From Acidobacteria bacterium RIFCSPLOWO2_12_FULL_68_19 (GTDB lineage: Bacteria; Acidobacteriota; Vicinamibacteria; Vicinamibacterales; UBA2999): 64,000 nucleotides of DNA. The first letter of the stretch is position 1, and each line of letters starts with the position of its first letter. The notes below the pieces were generated by a model. That model worked only from the letters and a program-made list of their open reading frames with translations. It ran no database searches and had not been told where the DNA came from. Positions 39,073 through 48,736 of the stretch are shown in pieces. Both the position numbers and the translations under genes were made by a program. The DNA lies in NCBI GenBank assembly GCA_001767525.1, contig MELF01000046.1, forward strand, positions 22,811-86,810. The letters are read 5' to 3'.

Positions 39073-39864
39073 GTGTCCTTGGAAGAACTGCTGGCGTCGA
39101 TGCCGTCAGGGCATTCCGATGAAGCGCTCGCGCGACGGATCGACTTCACCCGCCTGCCCGCCCACGTCGCCATCATCATGGACGGCAACGGCCGCTGGGC
39201 CGCGCAGCGCCATCTGCCGCGCGTGGAGGGCCACCGGGCGGGCATCGACGCGGTGCGCGACACCGTCGAGACGGGCGCCCGCCTCGGCCTCGAGGTGCTG
39301 ACGCTCTACGCGTTCTCGGTCGAGAACTGGAAGCGACCGGCGTCCGAGATCAGCACGCTCATGCTCCTGCTCAAGCGGTATCTCCGCTCGGAGCTGAACA
39401 CGCTGCTGACCAACAACATCCGCTTCCGCGTGATCGGACGGATGGAGGATCTGGCCCCCGACATCCAGGGCGAGCTGAACACCGCGATCGAGCGGACCGC
39501 GCAGAGAAGCGGCATGCTCTTCAACGTGGCGCTGAACTATGGCGGGCGCGCGGAAATCGTCGACGCGGCGCGGCGCGCGATCGAGGCGGGCCTCCGTCCC
39601 GAAGCGCTCGACGAGGAACGCTTCGCGTCGTTCCTGTACACGGCCGGGCAGCCGGACCCGGATCTGCTGATCCGGACGAGCGGCGAGATGCGCGTGAGCA
39701 ACTACCTGCTGTGGCAGATCGCCTACGCCGAGATCTACGTGACCGAGACGCTCTGGCCCGATTTTCGCCGCCGGCACCTGCTCGAGGCGATCCTCGCCTT
39801 CCAGAAGCGCGAGCGCCGGTACGGCGGCATCACCCCGGCTCGGGCGGCCATCGGCGCAAAATGA
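39073..39864 (+). CDS. uppS: Undecaprenyl diphosphate synthase
   Basis: IIMDGNGRWA, YAFSVENW.R, NYGGR, IRTSGE.RVSN, RERRYG. Confidence 0.96.
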   Translation: MSLEELLASMPSGHSDEALARRIDFTRLPAHVAIIMDGNGRWAAQRHLPRVEGHRAGIDAVRDTVETGARLGLEVLTLYAFSVENWKRPASEISTLMLLLKRYLRSELNTLLTNNIRFRVIGRMEDLAPDIQGELNTAIERTAQRSGMLFNVALNYGGRAEIVDAARRAIEAGLRPEALDEERFASFLYTAGQPDPDLLIRTSGEMRVSNYLLWQIAYAEIYVTETLWPDFRRRHLLEAILAFQKRERRYGGITPARAAIGAK

Positions 39865-39908
39865 CCCTTCGATTCTCACTCAGGGTCATCCTGAGCGGAG
39901 TCGAAGGA
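39864..39908. repeat. 45-nt REP-like palindrome filling the uppS-cdsA spacer
   Basis: acccttcgattctcactcagggtcatcctgagcggagtcgaagga. Confidence 0.75.
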
Positions 39909-40675
39909 TGACCCGGCTCCTCAGCGGGGTGGGCCTCGGGGCCGGCGCGCTGGCGGCAATCCTCTTGCTCCCGCCGTTCGCGCTGCGGCTGCTCGCGTGT
40001 CTCGTGGCGGTCGTCGCCGCGCGGGAGTACCTCGGCGTGCTGCACCACGACGGGCGCCGCCCGCGAGCCCTCCCGGTGCTGCTGCTCGTCGTGTTGACGT
40101 GCTGGTGGATGTCGTCGCCCCTGCCGGGCGATCTCCTCGCGCTGCTGCTCGTCGGCCTCGTGTGGCTGGCGATCGAAGTGCTCTTCCACGGACTGACGGT
40201 CGACCGCGCGGCCGCGCGGTTCCTGGCGCTCTGGTACATCGGGATGCCCCTCGGGATGCTCGCCGCCGTCCAGGCGATCGGCGGCCGGATGGCGACGCTC
40301 CTGCTCGTCGCGGCCGTCGTGGTCAGCGACTCGGCGCAGTACTACACGGGACGGATGCTCGGCCGTCGGCCCCTCGCGCCGGCCATCAGCCCGAAGAAGA
40401 CGGTCGAAGGCGCCGTTGGCGGCGCGCTGTTCACGATGGTCTTCCTGGCGCTGGCGGGCCCGCGGGTGCTTCCGCCGGCCAGTGCGGTCTCGCTTGCGCT
40501 GCTCGGCCTGGCGATTGCCGCCCTCGGCATCTGCGGCGATCTGTTCGAGTCGCGCCTCAAACGGATTGCCGGCGTCAAGGACAGCGCCGCCCTGATCCCG
40601 GGACACGGCGGTATTCTCGACCGCATCGACGCCCTGCTGTTCGCGACGCCTGCGTTCTACCTGTACCTGGTGTGA
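39908..40675 (+). CDS. cdsA: Phosphatidate cytidylyltransferase
   Basis: SDSAQY..G, ISPKKTVEG, GDLFES..KR..GVKDS..IPGHGGILDRID. Confidence 0.93.
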   Translation: MTRLLSGVGLGAGALAAILLLPPFALRLLACLVAVVAAREYLGVLHHDGRRPRALPVLLLVVLTCWWMSSPLPGDLLALLLVGLVWLAIEVLFHGLTVDRAAARFLALWYIGMPLGMLAAVQAIGGRMATLLLVAAVVVSDSAQYYTGRMLGRRPLAPAISPKKTVEGAVGGALFTMVFLALAGPRVLPPASAVSLALLGLAIAALGICGDLFESRLKRIAGVKDSAALIPGHGGILDRIDALLFATPAFYLYLV

Positions 40676-41841
40676 AGCGCGTCGCCATTCTCGGCTCGAC
40701 CGGCTCCATCGGCCGCAGCGCGCTCGCGGTCGTCGACGCCCATCCGACGCGACTGAAGGTGGTCGCGCTCGCCGCGGGCGACAACGCGGCGCTCCTCTCC
40801 GAGCAGGTGGCGCGCTACGGGCCCGAGGTGGTCGCCATGGCCACCGGCGACGGCGCCGACCGGCTGAAGGCGATCTGCGGCGCGGGAGTGCCGCCGTCGG
40901 TCGGCGTGGGCGCGGCGGGTCTGGTCGGCGTGGCGACGCATCCCTCCGCCGACATCGTCATCTGCGCGTCGGCCGGCACCGCGGGACTCGAGGCGGTGCT
41001 GGCGGCGATCGAGGCCGGCAAGACGGTCGCCCTCGCCAACAAGGAAGTGCTCGTGATGGCCGGGTCCCTCGTGACCCGCGCCGCCGCGCGGCGCGGCGTC
41101 GGCATCCTGCCGGTCGACAGCGAGCACAACGCCATCCATCAGTGCCTGCACGGGCGCCCGCCGAGCGAGATCCGCCGCGTGATTCTCACCGCCTCGGGCG
41201 GCCCGTTCCGCGACTACGATGCCGGCGCCCTCGCGCGGGTGGATCCGGAGGCGGCGCTCCAGCACCCGACGTGGCAGATGGGGCGGAAGATCACCATCGA
41301 CTCGGCCACGCTGATGAACAAGGGCCTGGAGGTGATCGAAGCGCACTGGTTGTTCGGCGTCTCCGCCGACCAGATCGACGTCCTCATCCATCCGCAATCG
41401 ATCGTCCATTCGATGGTGGAGCTCATCGACGGCTCGGTCATCGCGCAGCTTGGCGTCACCGACATGCGGCTGCCGATTCAGTACGCCTGCTCGTATCCCG
41501 AGCGGTGGGGAGGGGCGCTGCCGTCGCTCGACCTGACGCGCGCCGGCCGCCTCGAGTTCCTGCCGCCGTCGCCGGACCGGTTTCCCTGCCTGGCGCTCGC
41601 CTACCGCGCGCTTCGGGCCGAAGGCACCCTCCCCGTGGTGGTCAATGCCGCGAACGAAGTCGCGGTCGACGCGTTCCTGCGGAAGAAGCTCGCCTTTACG
41701 GCCATTCCGCGCGTGATCGAAGAAACCATGAACGCGCACGTCGTGGAAGAGGTGTCGAGCCTGCCGGTGGTGCGGCGCGTAGACAGGTGGGCGCGGGAGT
41801 ACGCGGGTGAAATGGCCCGCGAGTTAGAATTGAACAGGTGA
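40672..41841 (+). CDS. dxr: 1-deoxy-D-xylulose-5-phosphate reductoisomerase
   Basis: ILGSTGSIG, LANKE, PVDSEH, TASGGPF, HPTWQMG.KI, NKGLE. Confidence 0.96.
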   Translation: MKRVAILGSTGSIGRSALAVVDAHPTRLKVVALAAGDNAALLSEQVARYGPEVVAMATGDGADRLKAICGAGVPPSVGVGAAGLVGVATHPSADIVICASAGTAGLEAVLAAIEAGKTVALANKEVLVMAGSLVTRAAARRGVGILPVDSEHNAIHQCLHGRPPSEIRRVILTASGGPFRDYDAGALARVDPEAALQHPTWQMGRKITIDSATLMNKGLEVIEAHWLFGVSADQIDVLIHPQSIVHSMVELIDGSVIAQLGVTDMRLPIQYACSYPERWGGALPSLDLTRAGRLEFLPPSPDRFPCLALAYRALRAEGTLPVVVNAANEVAVDAFLRKKLAFTAIPRVIEETMNAHVVEEVSSLPVVRRVDRWAREYAGEMARELELNR

Positions 41842-43157
41842 ATACGCTCCTCGCGTTCCTGTTCGTGCTCGGCGTGCTGGTCTTCGTCCATGAGTTCGGC
41901 CACTTCGTGGCGGCGCGCCGGCTCGGCGTGCGCGTCCTGACGTTTTCCCTGGGGTTCGGTCCCAAGCTCCTGAAGTTCCGCCGGGGCGACACGGAGTACT
42001 GCGTCAGCGTCATTCCGCTCGGCGGCTACGTGAAGATGGCGGGCGAAAGTCCGGACGATCCGCGGACCGGCCGCTCCGACGAGTTCCTCTCGCGCACGAA
42101 ATGGGAGCGATTCCAGGTTCTGATCATGGGGCCGGTCATGAACATCCTCCTGGCCATCGTCGTGATGGCGATCGTGCTGGCGCAGGGGGCCGAGGTGCCG
42201 ATCTACCAGGATCAGCCGCCGGTCGTCGGCGCCGTGATGCCGGGTTCCCCGGCGGAACAGGCGGGGATCGCCAGAGGCGATCGCATCATGACGGTGGCCG
42301 GCGACCAGGTGGAGACCTGGGAGGACCTGTTCCTGGCCGTTGGAACGCGGGCGAACCGCGATGTGGCGATCACGCTGCTGCGCGACGGCCAGCCGCAGAC
42401 AGTGACCGTCCGGCCCACGCCCGAAACCCGGTTCGAAGTCGGCAACATCGGCGTCCTTCCGGATATCAATCCGATTGTGGCGTCGGTGATCGCCGGCGAG
42501 CCCGCCGAGCGGGCTGGCCTCGAGGGCGGCGACGTGGTGCTCGCGGTCAACGGCGAGCGCATGGTCACGCGGGCGCAACTGATCGAGGCGATCTCCCGCA
42601 ACGGCGGACGCGAGATCGAGATCACCATCGAGCGGGGCGGACAGCAGTTGCGCCTCCAGGCGACCCCGGAGCAGCGCGGCGACCGCGGCATGCTCGGGCT
42701 CTACGTCACCGAGCCGACGCGGACCTTCCAGCCGGGACCGCTCGAGGCGATCCAGTTGAGCATCGAACGCAACGTCGAGTTCAGCGCGCTCATCTTCCGG
42801 ACGCTCGGCGGCCTGCTGGTCGGCGAGACGTCGCCGCGGCAGCTGATGGGCCCGGTGGCGATCGCGCAGCTCTCGGGCGAGTCGGCCCAGGCGGGCTGGA
42901 TTGCCCTCTTCACGCTGATGGCCTCCATCAGCCTGAACCTCGGTCTGCTGAACCTGCTCCCGATTCCGGTGCTCGACGGCGGGCACATCTTCATCATGGC
43001 CGTCGAGGGAATCGCCCGGCGCGATTTCAGCATGGCGGTGAAGGAGAAGATGCTCCTCGCCGGCTTCGTCCTGCTGATGATGCTGATGGTGACCGTCATC
43101 TACAACGACCTGACGCGCATCAGCTGGATCGAGCGGCTGATGCCGTGGAGGAACTAG
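41838..43157 (+). CDS. rseP: RIP metalloprotease with two PDZ domains
   Basis: HEFGH, PLGGYVKM, GPVMN, two PDZ domains, NLLPIPVLDGG. Confidence 0.95.
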   Translation: MNTLLAFLFVLGVLVFVHEFGHFVAARRLGVRVLTFSLGFGPKLLKFRRGDTEYCVSVIPLGGYVKMAGESPDDPRTGRSDEFLSRTKWERFQVLIMGPVMNILLAIVVMAIVLAQGAEVPIYQDQPPVVGAVMPGSPAEQAGIARGDRIMTVAGDQVETWEDLFLAVGTRANRDVAITLLRDGQPQTVTVRPTPETRFEVGNIGVLPDINPIVASVIAGEPAERAGLEGGDVVLAVNGERMVTRAQLIEAISRNGGREIEITIERGGQQLRLQATPEQRGDRGMLGLYVTEPTRTFQPGPLEAIQLSIERNVEFSALIFRTLGGLLVGETSPRQLMGPVAIAQLSGESAQAGWIALFTLMASISLNLGLLNLLPIPVLDGGHIFIMAVEGIARRDFSMAVKEKMLLAGFVLLMMLMVTVIYNDLTRISWIERLMPWRN

Positions 43158-44057
43158 ATGCGTCGTACGCAGCAGATGGTGTTGACGGTGCTGGTCGCAG
43201 GGTGCGTCGCCTCGTCCGCCGAGGCCCAGCAGGCGGTCACGCCGGCTGACATCCAGCGGCTCCAGGACAACGTGTATCAGGCGGGCACCGACGTCTCGCA
43301 GCTCCGCAGCCGCGACGCCGCCCGCGCCACCGAGCTCCAGACCGAGCTCGACGACCTGCGCGATGAAGTGACGTATCTCCGGGTCAAGCTGCGCAAGGAG
43401 GGGTCGCTGGCGCGCAGCGAGTACGCCGACGTGCGCGACCGCATCGAGGCGCTGCGCACGCGCGCCAGGAGCCAGACGCCTGCCGTGGCCTCGGCCGCGC
43501 CGGCCGCCGCTGCCGGCCAGCCCGCCGCGGCCCCGCCGGCCGCTGGCGCTGCGGTTGAGATTCCTTCCGGCGCGGAACTGGACGTCCGGCTCTCGGGACG
43601 CCTGAACTCCGGTACGGCCAACGTGGAGGACCGTTTCGAGGCGACGACGCTCCTCGATTTCACCATCGGCGGCCGCATGGCCGTGCCGGCCGGGTCGGTC
43701 ATGCGCGGGGTCGTCACCGACGTCGAGCCCGCGACGCGGACCAATCGGACCGCGCGCCTGACGCTCAGTTTCGACCAGCTCACCGTCAACGGACGCGCCT
43801 ACCCGATCCGCGGCACCGTGACGCTGGCGATTGAAGGAGAGGGGCTCAAGGGCGAGGCCGGACGCATCGGGACCGGCGCCGGCGTCGGCGCGGTCATCGG
43901 CGGGATCCTCGGCGGGTTCCGCGGCGCCCTGGCCGGCATCCTCATCGGCGCCGGCGGGACGATTGCGGCCACCGAGGGGAAGGAAGTGGAGCTGCCGCAG
44001 GGGTCCGTCCTGCGCGTGCGCATCGACTCGCCGGTGCAGATCAACACCGGTCGCTGA
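43158..44057 (+). CDS. Secreted protein: coiled coil plus TrbI/VirB10-like beta domain with glycine zipper
   Basis: Signal peptide; IPSGAELDVRL..LNS, VPAGSVMRG.V, GAGVGAVIGGILGG. Confidence 0.65.
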   Translation: MRRTQQMVLTVLVAGCVASSAEAQQAVTPADIQRLQDNVYQAGTDVSQLRSRDAARATELQTELDDLRDEVTYLRVKLRKEGSLARSEYADVRDRIEALRTRARSQTPAVASAAPAAAAGQPAAAPPAAGAAVEIPSGAELDVRLSGRLNSGTANVEDRFEATTLLDFTIGGRMAVPAGSVMRGVVTDVEPATRTNRTARLTLSFDQLTVNGRAYPIRGTVTLAIEGEGLKGEAGRIGTGAGVGAVIGGILGGFRGALAGILIGAGGTIAATEGKEVELPQGSVLRVRIDSPVQINTGR

Positions 44058-44080
44058 CCCCATCGACCAACACCACTCGA

Positions 44081-44138
44081 GAGTTACGACCGGCGCTCAG
44101 CCGCGCCGCGAAGCGGCGTCGGCTGCAGCGCCTTGGGC
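44081..44138 (-). mobile_element. Degenerate integron attC site
   Basis: Minus strand GCCCAAGGCGCTGCAGCCGACGCCGCTTCGCGGCGCGGCTGAGCGCCGGTCGTAAC; core resembles aadA-type attC; both R boxes damaged. Confidence 0.75.
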
Positions 44139-44190
44139 AGCCAATTCCATCAGTCGCCGGAGCGTCGGGTCGGAGATCTCCGCGGAGCGG

Positions 44191-44307
44191 AGCATCGGCC
44201 AGCATGTTCGCCTTGAGGATGCCCTCGGCCACAGAGCGGCGGGCCAGTTCCGCGGCCGCGGCAGTCAGCCGGACCACCTCGATATTGCCCGCAGGAACCG
44301 CCGCCAG
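44191..44307 (-). pseudogene. Remnant of a PIN-domain toxin cassette
   Basis: LAAVPAGNIEVVRLTAAAAELARRSVAEGILKANMLADA resembles the mid-region of PIN proteins; no intact ORF; lies between two attC sites. Confidence 0.4.
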
Positions 44308-44411
44308 CCCCTCGCCCGCCCGCAGCTTGTGTCGCTGCCGGCGCTTGCGTCCGGGATTCTGTGCGGCTGATTCGATCAGAATGATTCTTGCGTGGAGTGT
44401 GTTTCGTCTGA

Positions 44412-44482
44412 CCAGACCGTGCGCGATGAGCCGCGGTGCTCATGATCGCAGCGGCGCCGACGGCTCCATCGCGGGGTTGGGC
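44412..44482 (-). mobile_element. attC site downstream of mazF
   Basis: R'' GCCCAAC, 5-nt spacer, L'' GATGGAGC (8 nt), L' GCTCATC (7 nt), 6-nt spacer, R' degenerate (GGT instead of GTT). Confidence 0.78.
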
Positions 44483-44510
44483 GGCCACGCCGTCACCACC
44501 GTGTTGTGAG

Positions 44511-44855
44511 CTATCGTCCAAGGACCACATCGATACTGGCAAGTAACAGCTCGATTTTCGCTCGCGAAAGTTTCCCGACCCGGTCAGTGAGCAGCACCGT
44601 GTCGAGTGCGACGATCTGTGACGCTTTCGCCACCGAGTCCTTGGGAAGGTTTGTGCTTCGAGCCGACAAGCGGACATGACCGGGAGCCTCCGCCCATTGT
44701 AGGTTGCTGGTCAGGGGTAGGCAGACGACCGTCGCGAGTCGACTCCGGTTCAAGGGCTCGCCCTGAACGACCACGACCGGCCGACGAAATCCTGGCCCCG
44801 ACCCGGTCGGCGACGGTAGGCTCGCCCACCAGACCTCACCTTGGGAAATTACCAC
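44511..44855 (-). CDS. MazF/PemK-family toxin
   Basis: QGEVWWA.L..P.GS.PGFRRPVVVVQ, PLTSN, LPKDSVA..SQI. Confidence 0.9.
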   Translation of the reverse strand: MVISQGEVWWASLPSPTGSGPGFRRPVVVVQGEPLNRSRLATVVCLPLTSNLQWAEAPGHVRLSARSTNLPKDSVAKASQIVALDTVLLTDRVGKLSRAKIELLLASIDVVLGR

Positions 44856-45085
44856 TCGACCCGCTCCAGAACACGCCGACCAGCGGCTGTGACGAAATCG
44901 TCGCGCTCGTCGTTCACCGCCGCGCACACACGATCCATGGCTTCGGTCACTTCGTCCGGCGTGTGCCGCGCCACGTACTCCCGAAGCGCGGCACTGAACA
45001 CCTCGCTGCGAGACCGCCGCGCCCGTTTGGCGAGTCGCTCAACCTTCTCGAATACTTCGTCAGGAATAGAGACGGCCGTCTTCAT
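44849..45085 (-). CDS. Ribbon-helix-helix antitoxin (ChpI/MazE-like)
   Basis: MKTAVSIPDEVFEKVERLA..SRSEVFSAAL; overlaps the toxin start. Confidence 0.88.
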   Translation of the reverse strand: MKTAVSIPDEVFEKVERLAKRARRSRSEVFSAALREYVARHTPDEVTEAMDRVCAAVNDERDDFVTAAGRRVLERVEW

Positions 45086-45194
45086 ACCAGGAGTATAACT
45101 CACGTCCGCTGACCGGCAAGGATGGTGACCTGGCCCCGTTGTCGCATTGCACCGGAATGGGTTCGGGCACGATCATCGAATCGTCCGTGATCCG

Positions 45195-45278
45195 TGGGTC
45201 CGTTCCAAATGAGCCGCGCGCCGTGGCGACATGATCGCACGGACGGTCAGGCGCGACGGCTCCATTGGGTGGTTCGTT
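45195..45278 (-). mobile_element. Degenerate attC site upstream of the TA cassette
   Basis: ..GAAC CACCC AATGGAGC CGTCGCGCC...GGCGCGCG GCTCATT TGGAAC G; shares ATGATCGCA and CGACGGCTCCAT with the 44412 site. Confidence 0.7.
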
Positions 45279-45411
45279 GGGGCGAGTACAGCAAGGCTTG
45301 ATGCCCGATGATTGGAAGGCGATGACGACCGTGGGCTCCGGCGTGTATGAGATCCGGATACACACCGCACTCGAACACCGCGTGTGTCATGTCGCGAAGT
45401 ACGAAGACGCC
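45277..45411 (+). pseudogene. Fragment of RelE/HigB (Gp49-like) toxin
   Basis: L.RVQQGLMPDDWK.M.TVG.GVYEIRI..EHRV.HVAKYEDA; N- and C-termini missing. Confidence 0.7.
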
Positions 45412-45496
45412 GGGTCCACGTCACGCCATCGTCGCGCAACCGGGATCCGCCGCCAATGCTAGGATTGCAAGTCGTCACGCCGTCGAGGAGGCCTTC

Positions 45497-46060
45497 ATGC
45501 CCGATAACGACGCTCGCTCGCGCGAGGAAGAGTACTTTTGGAAGAAGGACCAGGAGCTCATCGAGAAAATGCGCCGCGCGGCCGCTGCCGAGCAGGCGAA
45601 GCGCGACATGGGCGCGAAAGCAGGTCTCGATGATCCTGAGATGATTCAAGAGCTCCAGGCGCTCGGACTCACGACCGACACGGTCGTGCTGCTTCCGCTG
45701 ATGCCGCTGGTCCAGATTGCCTGGGCCGAGGGCGGCGTGAGCGACGCCGAGCGGCAGCTGATCGTGAAGCTCGCGCGGTCGCGCGGCATCGTCGAGGGCA
45801 GCGCCGCGGATTGTCAGCTGTCGGCGTGGCTGGCCAGCCGTCCGGACGCGCAGGTGTTCGCGCGCGCGACACGTCTCATTCGCGCGATGCTGGCCTCGCC
45901 GTCGCCGGCGCAAACCGGACTCACGGCCGACGACCTCGTCACGTACTGCGAAAGCATTGCCGCCGCGTCGGGCGGCCTGTTCGGCATGAAACGCATTTCG
46001 GCCGAGGAGCGTGCGCTGATCTCGACGATTGCCTCCGAGTTGAAAGCACGAGACGCGTAG
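45497..46060 (+). CDS. Hypothetical protein, TerB-like fold
   Basis: EEEYF.KKDQELIEK, VQIAWAEGGVSDAER, IAAASGGLFG..ISAEE; GAGGAG RBS. Confidence 0.65.
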   Translation: MPDNDARSREEEYFWKKDQELIEKMRRAAAAEQAKRDMGAKAGLDDPEMIQELQALGLTTDTVVLLPLMPLVQIAWAEGGVSDAERQLIVKLARSRGIVEGSAADCQLSAWLASRPDAQVFARATRLIRAMLASPSPAQTGLTADDLVTYCESIAAASGGLFGMKRISAEERALISTIASELKARDA

Positions 46061-46242
46061 GGGCGGAGCTTGCTCCGCTCCCGGCCGACCAGCGACTGCC
46101 AACTGCGGACCACTGCTCACCCCCGGCCACACGGGACTCGATGTTCGAGATTCCGCGATTAAGGGGCGCTTCACGTGTTGTGGCGGCTGTCCACATCATC
46201 CGTAGATAGCGTGGAGCGATCGCCCGTCAACCTGGCCGGCGC

Positions 46243-46499
46243 CTATCGTTGTCGACTTGCCGCGGGCTTCAGGGTTCTGTCGTTGTCGCAGATGTTCCCG
46301 ACAAGATCGGTGTCGGGCAGCCGGCGGAACCGGATCGTCTGCGTTCTCCACGTTCGCGAAAACCTGCTGGGTCGTTCACGGTCACCTGCACCTGAAGGGT
46401 CCCGACGTTCGGTCGTCGAAACCGCTCCGTGGTCAGGAGCGACTCACTGTGTCTGAGGGGCGTCAGGTCGAGCCAGCCCTGGCTGTTGAACCCGGCCGT
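46243..46499 (-). pseudogene. Frameshifted 3' fragment of a conserved hypothetical protein
   Basis: TAGFNSQGWLD..HSESL.TTERFRRPNVGTLQVQVTVNDP, then a frameshift to SRTW..LPDTDLVGNICDND-stop; no start codon. Confidence 0.6.
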
Positions 46500-46542
46500 C
46501 CGCTGTCTTCAGCCGAATCACCGGATCCTCGCCGAGCGTTTG

Positions 46543-47436
46543 TCAGCCCGCGGCTTCGTCGAGCACCGGCACAGCGCCGCGCCGGTTGAGCACCCCCTCC
46601 GCCGTATAGACGACCAGGCCCACCCAGACGAGCGCGTAGCCGACCAGATGCACGCGGGTGAACGGCTCGTGGAAGGCAAGCGTGCCGAGCAGGAACTGCA
46701 TCGTCGGCGCGATGTACTGGAGAATGCCGAGGGCGGAGAGTGAAATGTGCCGCGCCGCCGAGGCGAACAGCACCAGCGGCAGGAGCGTCATGGGGCCGCC
46801 GCCGACCAGGAGCGCCTCGGTCAGCGTCGGCCTTTGCATGAACACGCCGGCTCCGGTGTACTCCGTGGCGGCCAGGTAGAGCATGGCGACTGGCGCCACC
46901 ACGCCCGTTTCGAGCGTCATGCCGTCGGTCGAACCAAGCGGCGCCCGCTTCTTGACCAGACCGTAGAACCCGAAGGTCACGGCGAGCACCAGCGCAATCC
47001 AGGGGATCTCGCCGTAGACATAGGTCAGTTGCAGCACGCCGGCCGCGGCGAGGGCGACCGCCAGCCACTGCCACGGCCGGAGCCGCTCGCCCAACACGGC
47101 GACGCCGAGGAGCACGTTGACGAGCGGGGTGATGAAGTATCCGAGGCTCGCTTCCAGCAGGAAGCCGGAGATCACGGCCCAGATGTAGACCAGCCAGTTG
47201 ATGGCGATGAGCGCCGCGGCGAGCGTGTAGACGGCGGTCACCCGGCCAGTCATGACCGACCAGAGCGCACCCCATCGCCGCGTGACCGCCAGCAGGACCA
47301 GAAGGACCGCGAAGGACCAGAGCACCCGGTGCGCCACGATCTGGACCGGCGGGACGTCGGAGAGCAGCTTCCAGTAGACCGCCAGCACGCCCCAGAGCAC
47401 GTACGCGCCAACGCCGTGCCAGAGGCCGGACGTCAT
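46543..47436 (-). CDS. rarD: EamA-family transporter RarD
   Basis: AYVLWG..YWK, AHRVLWS, NWLVYIWAV, EASLGYFITPL, QYIAPT. Confidence 0.9.
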   Translation of the reverse strand: MTSGLWHGVGAYVLWGVLAVYWKLLSDVPPVQIVAHRVLWSFAVLLVLLAVTRRWGALWSVMTGRVTAVYTLAAALIAINWLVYIWAVISGFLLEASLGYFITPLVNVLLGVAVLGERLRPWQWLAVALAAAGVLQLTYVYGEIPWIALVLAVTFGFYGLVKKRAPLGSTDGMTLETGVVAPVAMLYLAATEYTGAGVFMQRPTLTEALLVGGGPMTLLPLVLFASAARHISLSALGILQYIAPTMQFLLGTLAFHEPFTRVHLVGYALVWVGLVVYTAEGVLNRRGAVPVLDEAAG

Positions 47437-47440
47437 GGGA

Positions 47441-48736
47441 TCAGATCACCCGTGCCACTTCCTTCATCGCCGTGTGCGCAGCCCGAATCGTCTGCTGCAC
47501 GTGGCGATCGGTGTGCGCGGCCGACAGAAACCACGCCTCGAACTGCGAGGGAGGAGGATACACGCCTCGTGCGAGCATCGCCCGGAAGAACGTCGCGTAC
47601 GCGCCGGTGTTGGCCGTAAGGGCCGAGTCGTAGTCGCGCACCGGCACGTCGGTGAAGAACGGCGTCAGCACCGAGCCGAAGGCGTTGACCTGCAGACCGA
47701 CGCCGGCCGCGCGCGCGGCCTCCGCCAGCCCTCCCGCCAGCATCGTCCCGCGGCGCGCCAGGTCGCGGTAGAGTGCGGGCGTCAATCGCTTCAGGGCCCA
47801 GCGGCCCGCCGTCATCGCCACCGGATTTCCCGAGAGCGTGCCCGCCTGGTAGACAGGGCCCGCCGGCGCGACCAGTTCCATGATGTCGGCGCGCCCGCCG
47901 TACGCGCCCACCGGAAGGCCGCCGCCGATGATCTTGCCAAGGCAGGTCAGGTCTGGTGCGACGCCGAAGACCGCCTGGGCGCCGCCGGCGGACGCGCGGA
48001 ACCCCGAAATCACCTCGTCGAAGATGAGCAGCGCCCCGTGGCGGGTCGCCAGAGCGCGCAGTCCCTGCAGGAAGCCTCCGGACGGCGCCACGACGCCCAT
48101 GTTGCCGGCAATCGGCTCCACGATGACCGCGGCGATGCGTCCCGGATACGCGTCGAAGAGAGTCTCGACGGACACGAGATCGTTGTAGCGCGCGAGCAGC
48201 GTATCCGCGGCCACCGGGCCCGGCACACCGGGGCTCGTGGGAACGCCGAGCGTGGTCGCGCCGGATCCGGCCTTGACGAGGAACGCGTCGCCGTGGCCGT
48301 GGTAGCAGCCGGCGAACTTCACGATCGTGTCGCGCCCGGTGAACGCCCGGGCGACGCGAACGGCGCTCATGGTCGCCTCGGTGCCGGAGCTGACGAAACG
48401 GACGCGCTCGAGCGACGGCATGAGCGCCCGGACGCGCTCGCCCAGCTCGTGCTCGAGGGCGGTTGGGGCTCCGAAGCTCGTGCCGAGGCGCGCGGCGGCG
48501 GCGATCGCCCGCACGAGGCCGTCCGGAGCATGGCCGTGGATGAGCGGCCCCCACGACATGACGTAGTCGATGAAACGGTTGCCGTCGACGTCCTCGAGGA
48601 GCGCGCCGCGCGCGCGCCGGACGAACAGCGGCACGCCCCCGACCGCGTGAAACGCGCGCACGGGACTGTCGACGCCGCCGGGCAGGATCTGCCTGGCGCG
48701 CTCGAAGAGCGTCCGGCTGCGAACGGGCCGTTTCAT
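47441..48736 (-). CDS. hemL: Glutamate-1-semialdehyde 2,1-aminomutase
   Basis: [49 protein letters not shown]. Confidence 0.96.
   Translation of the reverse strand: MKRPVRSRTLFERARQILPGGVDSPVRAFHAVGGVPLFVRRARGALLEDVDGNRFIDYVMSWGPLIHGHAPDGLVRAIAAAARLGTSFGAPTALEHELGERVRALMPSLERVRFVSSGTEATMSAVRVARAFTGRDTIVKFAGCYHGHGDAFLVKAGSGATTLGVPTSPGVPGPVAADTLLARYNDLVSVETLFDAYPGRIAAVIVEPIAGNMGVVAPSGGFLQGLRALATRHGALLIFDEVISGFRASAGGAQAVFGVAPDLTCLGKIIGGGLPVGAYGGRADIMELVAPAGPVYQAGTLSGNPVAMTAGRWALKRLTPALYRDLARRGTMLAGGLAEAARAAGVGLQVNAFGSVLTPFFTDVPVRDYDSALTANTGAYATFFRAMLARGVYPPPSQFEAWFLSAAHTDRHVQQTIRAAHTAMKEVARVI

Noticed and set aside
43158-44057. VirB10-like protein as a type IV secretion system
   Set aside because: No other T4SS genes; a stand-alone secreted protein.
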